Below, piece after piece: positions 1 to 6,970 of a stretch of 7,545 nucleotides of DNA. The position numbers and the translations under genes are program-made. The notes below the pieces were generated by a model. That model was not told the origin of the DNA, searched no databases, and saw nothing but the letters and a program-made list of their open reading frames with translations. Within the stretch, counting starts at the first letter, position 1; every line of letters begins with the position of its first letter. The stretch is from Promethearchaeota archaeon (GTDB taxonomy: Archaea > Asgardarchaeota > Thorarchaeia > Thorarchaeales > Thorarchaeaceae), in contig JALVPN010000017.1 in the NCBI GenBank assembly GCA_027031765.1, positions 1 through 7,545 of the forward strand, read 5' to 3'.

Positions 1-345
1 CCGCGAGTCGCCGTGTTGGTGTGGGCCCTGCCAATCTACCCACTGTCGACGACTGCGGCCTACGGCTATGCCTCTGCGGTGAGCTCCGAACAGGAGCGGG
101 GACGTGCTATGGGCCTGATAAATGGCGCACAGAATGCGGGTAGTGCCGTCGGCCCCATCGTGGGCGGTGCCTTCGCCGAATACGTCTTCGGTCTTGTCCA
201 GCCAATATCGTGGATCAACATGTGCTTCAACATTGTGGCCCTGCTGCTGGCGGTCTCTCTAGTCCCCGTCAGTACGAGTCTGAGGCATGGGGCCCGCCAC
301 CCCCTCCCAGAAAATGATAAATTGTCCAGCAACATAGGGGCTTGA
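1..345 (+). CDS. MFS transporter, C-terminal fragment (5' truncated by window edge)
   Basis: Frame 1 is open from base 1 (PRVAVLVWALPIYPLSTTAAYGYASAVSSEQERGRAMGLINGAQNAGSAVGPIVGGAFAEY...). ERGRAMGLING..N.G..VGP.VGG matches the typical MFS loop/TM11 pattern and is followed by one more hydrophobic helix (INMCFNIVALLLAVSLV). Stop TGA at 343-345. The substrate cannot be determined. Confidence 0.85.
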   Translation, partial: PRVAVLVWALPIYPLSTTAAYGYASAVSSEQERGRAMGLINGAQNAGSAVGPIVGGAFAEYVFGLVQPISWINMCFNIVALLLAVSLVPVSTSLRHGARHPLPENDKLSSNIGA

Positions 346-2903
346 GGGATGCTATTCTGCCAAGGACTCAGAAACACCATACGGTGGCCCTCCTGCTGCT
401 CCTTGTGAGCACGCTACTCGTCGCCGTGTCACCGCTCGTCTTCTTCTCTTTGGACAGCTCTGTCACGGCCGGGGCTGACCAACAACCACTGGTGGGGCGC
501 CGTGCTGACTACACCCCACACGCTGCGGTCGTGGTGCGGTCGGATGCGGACTTCCCCGGGCAGGGGTTCGATGGTAGCGGCACGCAAGCGGACCCGTATG
601 TGCTCGATGGTGTGAGCATATATGCCGACCAGGCATGTATCTCTATCTCGAATACCCGTGCGTACTTTGTTGTGCGCGACTGCCTGCTCAGTGGGCCGGG
701 CATTGGTACCGGAATAGAGCTGAAGAATGTCACCAACGGCCTGGTCGAGATGGTGCAGATCGATGGCAAGTATACGGGTATCTCGGTTGACTCCACGTCG
801 GACACTATCGTAAGAGACTCGACCATCAATACCCATTCCTACTGTGTCCGCCTCGTCAGCACCACGACACGTGTCACGGTTGACAACAATACTCTCCACT
901 CCGAGGACATTGCTGATGTCTACTTGAAGGCCCGTGGCAACACTCTGATTGGCAACAGGTTTGCGCTGGGCATCTTGATGGCAGGCACCGACGTTGGCGA
1001 CTGGGTCAACGACATTTCTGATGACAACACGTTGGACGAGCTGCCAATCGGTTATTTCGTGAACCTGAACGGTGACACCATCGACTGTGACATCTACGCG
1101 CAGGTCATCCTTGCGAACTCCTCTGGTGTTACGCTCTACAACTGTAGGACCTATCATGATGTGTATGCCGGCCTGCAGGTCGGCTGGTCATACGGGCTCA
1201 CTGTCAACAACTCCCGCTTCGGCTCTGCACGTTATGGCATCCGTATGCGGGGCTGCAACAACAGCGTCATCACAGGCTCTGGTATCCCCGACTGTGAGAC
1301 AGGCATCTTGGTCGACCAGGGCTGCTCAGACATTTCTGTCACACACAACAACTTCACCACGTGTGACCCGAACAGTATCTACATCTACAGCTCGGTCAAC
1401 TGTACCGTCACTGACAACAACATAATCGGTTCGGTGAACGGCATACGGCTTGACCAGTCGTCCAATATCACAGTGATGAACAACAACCTGGTGAACACTG
1501 GCCTCTGGATTGAAGGCTTTGGACGCAACTACTGGCACCACACTGTCACGCCCGACAATACAGTGAACGGGAAGCCGCTGGGCTACTTCTGGGATGCCCA
1601 CAGCACAACCATAAATGGAAGTCCGTACGGAGAAGTGGTCCTCGCCAACTGTACTGACATCGACCTCAATGGGGGCGACTTCGGGCCCGGTACCGTGGGT
1701 GTTGCCCTCGCCTACTGTGATGGTGTCCACGTCAGCGGTGTCGTGAGCGATGACTGCCACACGGGCGCTTACGTCACGAACTCGGACAACATCACAATCA
1801 CTGCATCCGGCTTTGTGGGCTGCTACCATGGGGTCAGGGCCCAGTACTGCAACGTACTGCTGCTGTCCAGCATACAGGCGAACTACACTCTCACCCGTGG
1901 CTGTTCATTCTACTCGGTCACTGGTCTCCTGTTGTCGGACAGTCGCTTCTTCCGGAACCACAACTACGGCGTGTACTCCCAGTCCTCGTTCGGAGAGGTG
2001 ACCAACTGCACTTTCTGCGGCGACTACATCAGCGTGGCGGTAATAGACCAGACCTTGACGGTCGACGACAACACGTTCCTCAGCACCTCCAACTGTGGTG
2101 TGTGGCTCTACGGCGGCACCTCCGGGTGTTCGGTCTACAGGAACAGGTTCGCTATCACACAGGGCCTCAAGGCCCGGGACGATGGCTCCAGCAACTCCTG
2201 GAACACCACTGACACAGGCAACTGGTGGCCCGACTACACCGGGAGCGGTGTCTACAGCATCTCGGGATCCGCTGGCAGCGTCGACTACCACCCAATGCAG
2301 CTGGTAGACCCTGACCCACCTGTCTTGGTCAGTGCCCCACCAGACGTGGTCCTTCCCGAGGGCTCATCAACCACACTCACATGGCGTGCCACTGACGAGT
2401 ACCCGGCCTCGTACGCCGTGTACAGGAACGGCAGCCTGCGTGCATACGGTTCCTGGTGCGGGTGTCCGGTGAGTACCATTGTTTCCTCGCTGGCGGTTGG
2501 CGTGTACAACTACACGGTCCTCTTCACCGATGTGTCTTCGAACCGGCTTGTTGACATTGTGTGGGTGACCGTGACCAGCGCGACAACCAATACGACCACC
2601 ACAACAACAACGACCACCACGACCGGGACAACAAACACCACCACGACGACCACTACGACCACCACCACAACAACAACGACCACCACCAGCACGACGACGA
2701 GCAACACAACAACGACCACCTCGACGAGCAGCACAACGACGACACCGACACCGACAACAGGCACGAACACGACCACTTCAACTACAAACACGACACCAGG
2801 CTCGGGCGGTGGCTTCGGTCAGATGTCGCTCGCTATCGCTGCAGGTGGTGGCGCGTTGCTGGTAGTCCTCGTAGTAGTCGCTATGAGACGTCGTTCGAGA
2901 TAG
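342..2903 (+). CDS. Secreted, C-terminally anchored right-handed parallel beta-helix (NosD/CASH/pectin-lyase-like) surface protein with Ig-like domain and Thr-rich stalk
   Basis: 853-aa ORF with a TTG start overlapping the MFS stop. It begins with a basic then hydrophobic signal (KHHTVALLLLLVSTLLVAVSPLVFFSL) and a GSGTQADPYVLDG cap. Many beta-helix coils follow (e.g. GIRLDQSSNITVMNNNL, GVWLYGGTSGCSVYRNRF), closed by NSW..TDTGNWWPDY...VDYHP. Then come a beta-sandwich (PPVLVSAPPDVVLPEGSSTTLTWRATDEYP...YNYTVLFTDVSSNRLVDIVWVTV), a poly-Thr linker, a TM helix (LAIAAGGGALLVVLVVVAM) and a basic tail (RRRSR). Many N-x-S/T sequons are present. Confidence 0.88.
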   Translation: MRDAILPRTQKHHTVALLLLLVSTLLVAVSPLVFFSLDSSVTAGADQQPLVGRRADYTPHAAVVVRSDADFPGQGFDGSGTQADPYVLDGVSIYADQACISISNTRAYFVVRDCLLSGPGIGTGIELKNVTNGLVEMVQIDGKYTGISVDSTSDTIVRDSTINTHSYCVRLVSTTTRVTVDNNTLHSEDIADVYLKARGNTLIGNRFALGILMAGTDVGDWVNDISDDNTLDELPIGYFVNLNGDTIDCDIYAQVILANSSGVTLYNCRTYHDVYAGLQVGWSYGLTVNNSRFGSARYGIRMRGCNNSVITGSGIPDCETGILVDQGCSDISVTHNNFTTCDPNSIYIYSSVNCTVTDNNIIGSVNGIRLDQSSNITVMNNNLVNTGLWIEGFGRNYWHHTVTPDNTVNGKPLGYFWDAHSTTINGSPYGEVVLANCTDIDLNGGDFGPGTVGVALAYCDGVHVSGVVSDDCHTGAYVTNSDNITITASGFVGCYHGVRAQYCNVLLLSSIQANYTLTRGCSFYSVTGLLLSDSRFFRNHNYGVYSQSSFGEVTNCTFCGDYISVAVIDQTLTVDDNTFLSTSNCGVWLYGGTSGCSVYRNRFAITQGLKARDDGSSNSWNTTDTGNWWPDYTGSGVYSISGSAGSVDYHPMQLVDPDPPVLVSAPPDVVLPEGSSTTLTWRATDEYPASYAVYRNGSLRAYGSWCGCPVSTIVSSLAVGVYNYTVLFTDVSSNRLVDIVWVTVTSATTNTTTTTTTTTTTGTTNTTTTTTTTTTTTTTTTTSTTTSNTTTTTSTSSTTTTPTPTTGTNTTTSTTNTTPGSGGGFGQMSLAIAAGGGALLVVLVVVAMRRRSR
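2574..2795 (+). repeat. Low-complexity ACN-codon tract encoding a Thr-rich linker, with an exact 26-nt direct repeat
   Basis: Run of ACA/ACC/ACG/ACT codons. ACCACCACAACAACAACGACCACCAC occurs at 2595-2620 and 2661-2686, 66 nt apart and in frame. Confidence 0.9.
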
Positions 2904-2964
2904 CGCTTCTGGCCGCACGGCTGACATCGGATGTCGCACCCCTGTCGAGTGCGGCCCGAGCATA

Positions 2965-3005
2965 GGATGGCGGTCGCATGGCTGCCATCCCGTCCCCTCT
3001 TTTCT
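2965..3005 (+). terminator. Putative terminator of the beta-helix gene: stem-loop followed by pyrimidine/T tract
   Basis: GGATGGCGGTC (2965-2975) pairs with GGCTGCCATCC (2980-2990): 11 bp including 2 G-U, with a 4-nt loop. It is followed by CGTCCCCTCTTTTCT and lies about 60 nt after the stop at 2903. Confidence 0.4.
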
Positions 3006-3159
3006 GAGCCGCTCAGCGTCGTGTCCCTGTGCGGACACTGCTCCGCAACGACATCACGCACACGTTGTGCAAGGCCACCGCGTGTCCTATGTGGCACACC
3101 TCCTCTTTCCCCCTCTCGGTGCGCACCGTCCCAGTGACCGGGCCGGCGCTCGGGTACCA

Positions 3160-5031
3160 CTACAGTGAGTCAAGGTGTGCCCTCAGTACGTCCTCGGAGT
3201 TGTCTGCCCGCACGAAGATGGGCACGTTATCAATCCCGGTGGCGATGTAGCTTGAGAGGAGCCACGAACCGGGTGGGAACTCAAGTGTCTTGTCAAGGAT
3301 GCTGATGTCAATCTGGAAGGAGCTGCTGACCACAGACCTGTCATACGGCCTCGGGAGAGTGCCGACGAAGAAGGTGTGGAGCTGCTGGAGCGCGTTGGTA
3401 TTGAGGTACGCTATCCGCTGGGTCGCAACTGCACCCCCAAGGCCATACTTGCGTCCCTGTCGGAGGAGCCTCTCGACCGCACGGCTGCACTCGGCTGTGG
3501 GGCCTGTGTAGCCGCTTGGGATGAACTCCTGCGCCTCATCAAACACGAACAGGATATAGGGCCTGATCTCAAAGCTGCGCTTCCTGTGCCAGAGCGCCGC
3601 GGTTGTCAGCTCAACCACCAGGTCCCGCATCGTCTCGGGGTCGGCTATTGAGATGACTATCAACCGCTGGTCGCCACGTAACATCGCAAGAATGTCCTTC
3701 CCTGTCACACCCTCTCTCTTTGCGCCCATTGCCCTACGGATCTTGTCCTTCAGGTACCGCCTCGTGGTCGCCCATGTGTAGACCCCAGACTTCTGGTACA
3801 CACCGAACTTTGCAACGGCCTTCTCAGCAATGCCTGCAAGCGTGTCTACGAACCCCTCGTCTATGAGGTCCCCTTCCGTCTTGCTCTCCGAGTCCATCCA
3901 GCCATGGACACCGTACCTGATTTCCTCAAGGGCCTCGAGATATGTGGGCCGGTCTACGCTCTCGGCCATAAGGGTATGTATGTCTGAGAGCACGTCGCCA
4001 TAGGTCGGCACACGTGCACGGGCGGTCGTGAAGTGTGTCACCCTCTGCCTCTCATACACTCTCTTCAGTGCAAGGTCTGCGCGTCCGTCGTCCTCAAAGT
4101 CCCGTGGCTTGACTATGGACTTTGCAAACATCGCAGCATCGATGGCCTGCTCCTCAAGCACCACGGTACTCGGTATTGTGTTGTCCGCCAGCACGTCGCT
4201 CAGCAGGAACGGGTACTCGCAGCTCACGTCGAAGACCACCACCTTCGTGTCCTCGGTGTGGTACAGTATCCTGCGGAGGAGGTTCGACAGGAGGTTGCTC
4301 TTCCCGCCGCCTGTGAACGAGAACACACCGAAGTGGTACCGCACCAGTTTGTACAGGTCCACGTAGATGGGCACCTCTACACCGAGCTCCTCGAACAGCC
4401 TCAGCACCCCCACGCGGGGGTCCAGACGTGGGTCCGGTGTACTGGCCCCGGCCCTGTCCTCCAGCCCCATGCTCTTCCGCACCCGGTCGTTGTAGATGGA
4501 GTCGACGGCCTCGAGGCTCAGCACGTGGACCTCAGCGCCCGGGAGCGGATATGAGAACCCCTTGCGGAACTCCATTGTGTTGTCGGGGTATACCACGAGG
4601 TCGTAGTTGATCGGGACTGCACTCATCTCTATCTTCATCGTGGACTGGTCGTCCGACTCCCAGTCCTTCACCGACTGCTCGATGACCTCGAACTGGACCG
4701 GGTAGTAGTGGCTGTCACTGACACCCTCGATGCCGTAGTGTTCCGGCCACACGTTCGAGATGACCATCACAGTGTACCTCTTCAGCCCCGCCCTCACGCT
4801 CGCTCTTGACCGCGACCGGAAGTTGGGGACGGCCACCATCATCCCTTCTTCGAGCTCCGACATGACCTCCTTGTTGTAGTACACCTTGATCCTGCACTCG
4901 TACCGTGCTGCGGTGCCGGACCACTCGGACGTATAGTTGGCCGGCACCCGTCTGACCCTTGCCAGCCGGCCCTTGAACTTGCCATCAAAGTCTGTGAACA
5001 GGTGCTCAGGCACCTCTCCTCGTCCGCTCAA
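3160..5031 (-). CDS. herA: HerA-family (FtsK/HerA superfamily) ATPase / DNA translocase, divergent
   Basis: 623 aa. The N-terminal beta-rich region is consistent with a HAS barrel (LEEGMMVAVPN...YTVMVISNV...YPLPGAEVHVL). Motifs: Walker A HFGVFSFTGGGKSN (K244, nt 4300-4302), VVVFDVSCEY, Walker B LFVFDEAQEFIP, and the Arg-finger/sensor LLRQGRKYGLGGAVATQR. The start is TTG 5031 or GTG 5013; both overlap the upstream NurA gene end. Confidence 0.9.
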   Translation of the reverse strand: MSGRGEVPEHLFTDFDGKFKGRLARVRRVPANYTSEWSGTAARYECRIKVYYNKEVMSELEEGMMVAVPNFRSRSRASVRAGLKRYTVMVISNVWPEHYGIEGVSDSHYYPVQFEVIEQSVKDWESDDQSTMKIEMSAVPINYDLVVYPDNTMEFRKGFSYPLPGAEVHVLSLEAVDSIYNDRVRKSMGLEDRAGASTPDPRLDPRVGVLRLFEELGVEVPIYVDLYKLVRYHFGVFSFTGGGKSNLLSNLLRRILYHTEDTKVVVFDVSCEYPFLLSDVLADNTIPSTVVLEEQAIDAAMFAKSIVKPRDFEDDGRADLALKRVYERQRVTHFTTARARVPTYGDVLSDIHTLMAESVDRPTYLEALEEIRYGVHGWMDSESKTEGDLIDEGFVDTLAGIAEKAVAKFGVYQKSGVYTWATTRRYLKDKIRRAMGAKREGVTGKDILAMLRGDQRLIVISIADPETMRDLVVELTTAALWHRKRSFEIRPYILFVFDEAQEFIPSGYTGPTAECSRAVERLLRQGRKYGLGGAVATQRIAYLNTNALQQLHTFFVGTLPRPYDRSVVSSSFQIDISILDKTLEFPPGSWLLSSYIATGIDNVPIFVRADNSEDVLRAHLDSL

Positions 5032-6919
5032 CCAAAGACCTCCTCTCTCTGAATGAACTCAGGTACTGCACAACCTCCCGGAGTTCGGGACGTGTGACCA
5101 GCCAGCCCATGGTGCTCTCGATCATCCTCCTGTTCTCGTCGTAGTGGTACTTTGCCACCTTGTCAGCCTCGTAGAGTGGCCGGATGTGTCCGAACACCTC
5201 GGGCACACTGCGTGCCGTCATGCTGCTGAACAGTGTCATGATGAACCGCTGGACCGGGCTGTCAATGTCGAGGTAGAGCACGAGTTCCACTGGCTCCACC
5301 ATGCCACCATAGTCGTGTCGCACAACGAGCGTCTGCTCACTGCCAGTGTCAAACCCCGGATATGCCAGCCGGTCGTAGACCAATACGTTGCTCCTCAACT
5401 TGGGGTCGACCGCTGCCTCTGTGAGCTGGAAGTATGCCTTTACGAACGTCCTGTTGAGCGACACCTGGTTCCTCCGGGCGCCGGACACGAGCTCTGGGAG
5501 CCGGTCGAAGTGCGGTACGACAGTCTTGAAAGCGGTGTCGTACTCTCGGGTGGCCCACGGTGGACGCAGCCTCTCGTGCTCAACAAGTGACAGCCACTGG
5601 AGCACTACCCGGTCGGTGTCCGGTACGTCCTGTGTCGAGGTGTCGAACTGTCCCTTGAAGGCCCCCACATGGTTCAGTGTCGGGAGCAGCTGGCGCTTCA
5701 GGTCCCTTGCAGAAGTGTCCTTTGCGACCCCCACGAGCAGCGTCCTGTTCTCCCAACAGGCCTCGGCCATCAGGTACGTGCACATCAGGCCCAAGAACGC
5801 GAGGTCGTTCGTCGTCAGCCAGCGACCGTCGACCTTGAACCTCTGGTCATAGAGGAGGCTGCTGTCCTCCGAGAATATGCGCCCACAGACCTCGTCCACG
5901 AGCCCCCTCACTCTTTCCCGGAGGCCCCTGACCCGTGGCTCCACCACATAGTGCACCCTGTCCCTGTCCCGTCTGACCAGGGGCCCTATGTCCTTCTTCT
6001 TTGACATGGCCTCCTTCAGGACCCTGTCCAGACGCTTGCCCCATGTCTCCTCGTCCAGGTCCAGTGCTGCGAGTATCTCTTCACGGGTCAGCGGGCCACG
6101 TCTCTCCAGCTCCATGACCACACGGGGTAACAGGAACTCCCCACGGGGCGGCGGAGTGTTGAGCCCATGACAGCCGAACAGGCGGCGTGCGAATGTCCAG
6201 TCAGTCTTGCTGAAACCCCTCCCCTTTATCTTGGCACCGACCAGCCCACACTCCCTGTCGAGGTCTATGCGCGTCGGTGATGTCTCGGCGTAGAACGATG
6301 ACACTTCCGATGACGGGATGCGGTCAAGGAACAGGATGTCAACTGGCTGCTCCCCGGTCACAGCCCTGTATGCCGTGTAGAACTCGGCGAGTGTCATCAG
6401 GTAGTCGGCGTAGGCGGTGTTGTCTATGACCCATGTGTCGGTCGGCCCCGCCTCAAGGCACACCTCTCCGTTCTCATCACGTGTCAGCAGGGTCTGGTCA
6501 ATTGCTGAGACCTCGCTCACATACACAGGCAGCACCGCGGACACACCGAGCCCCCTATCGATGAACCTGTTGTCGTACTCAACAGTGAGTGCACCGTCAC
6601 CACCCACCGTGATGCTCCCCCGTGAGGTGTACGCCCCTGCAAAGAAGACTATCAGGTCTGACATCTCGTGGGTGTACCGTGTGCCGTCCACCGCTGCAAA
6701 CCTTAGTTGTCGTCTCCCAAAGAACGAGTCCACGAAGTCCGTGTCCACCCTGTCCTCGTGGTACTCCACTATCAGCCTCTGCATGAACTGGTCGTATATG
6801 CCCCGCACCTTCTCGAAGCGTGCCCTGAGCTCGGACGCCTGCTTCTGGGCGCCCTTCAGCAGCTGTTTGCCTGTGCTCCGTACCCTCCGGCTAATGACGG
6901 ACCCGGACACCGTCCACAT
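5006..6919 (-). CDS. nurA: NurA-family nuclease (RNase H-like fold), unusually large, with internal insertion
   Basis: The NurA motifs appear in the expected order (numbering of the 646-aa ORF from TTG 6946): FAAVDGT (D87), MTLAEF (E188), DILFLD (D208), LLVGVAKDT (K409) and C-terminal FGHIRPLYEADKVAK (cf. GYP.PL..AD..AK). It lies directly upstream of, and overlaps, a HerA gene. I prefer ATG 6919 (preceded by GGGAGA) over TTG 6946 as the start; GTG 6910 is also possible. Confidence 0.8.
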   Translation of the reverse strand: MWTVSGSVISRRVRSTGKQLLKGAQKQASELRARFEKVRGIYDQFMQRLIVEYHEDRVDTDFVDSFFGRRQLRFAAVDGTRYTHEMSDLIVFFAGAYTSRGSITVGGDGALTVEYDNRFIDRGLGVSAVLPVYVSEVSAIDQTLLTRDENGEVCLEAGPTDTWVIDNTAYADYLMTLAEFYTAYRAVTGEQPVDILFLDRIPSSEVSSFYAETSPTRIDLDRECGLVGAKIKGRGFSKTDWTFARRLFGCHGLNTPPPRGEFLLPRVVMELERRGPLTREEILAALDLDEETWGKRLDRVLKEAMSKKKDIGPLVRRDRDRVHYVVEPRVRGLRERVRGLVDEVCGRIFSEDSSLLYDQRFKVDGRWLTTNDLAFLGLMCTYLMAEACWENRTLLVGVAKDTSARDLKRQLLPTLNHVGAFKGQFDTSTQDVPDTDRVVLQWLSLVEHERLRPPWATREYDTAFKTVVPHFDRLPELVSGARRNQVSLNRTFVKAYFQLTEAAVDPKLRSNVLVYDRLAYPGFDTGSEQTLVVRHDYGGMVEPVELVLYLDIDSPVQRFIMTLFSSMTARSVPEVFGHIRPLYEADKVAKYHYDENRRMIESTMGWLVTRPELREVVQYLSSFRERRSLVERTRRGA

Positions 6920-6960
6920 TCTCCCGACCAGCAGTACGTACCGCAACGGTGTATGTGGTG

Positions 6961-6970
6961 CCTATTAAGG
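6961..6970 (-). promoter_or_regulatory. Possible archaeal TATA box for the nurA-herA unit
   Basis: The minus strand reads CCTTAATAGG (TTAATA at 6968-6963), a conspicuous AT-rich hexamer in an otherwise GC-rich intergenic region, about 44 nt upstream of ATG 6919. The expected start site near 6938 fits the ATG rather than TTG 6946. The BRE match is weak. Confidence 0.35.

Noticed and set aside
2510-2791. Minus-strand 93-aa poly-Val ORF that looks like a membrane protein
   Set aside because: It is the antisense reading of the Thr (ACN) codon tract and has no independent evidence.
2561-2965. Plus-strand His/Asp/Asn-rich ORF resembling a metal-binding protein
   Set aside because: It is an alternative-frame reading of the same ACN repeat inside the 853-aa gene.
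2904-3159. Possible SRP RNA, RNase P RNA, tRNA or CRISPR array in the intergenic regions
   Set aside because: I found no SRP helix-8 motif, no GAGGAAAGUCC-type RNase P motif, no cloverleaf/TTCGA arm and no regularly spaced direct repeats on either strand.
2819-3160. 113-aa minus-strand ORF whose GTG overlaps the herA stop (TAGTG), a possible third gene of the module
   Set aside because: The product is Arg/Gly-rich with no recognisable domain, runs through the inverted-repeat region and overlaps the beta-helix gene antisense. It is probably spurious, but would merit reconsideration if conserved downstream of herA homologues.
429-6968. Numerous long shadow ORFs opposite or within the main genes (e.g. 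429-1157 -, 4033-4554 +, 5144-5590 +, 6417-6968 +)
   Set aside because: They are fully nested in well-supported CDSs, lack domain signatures, and are typical of high-GC codon bias.
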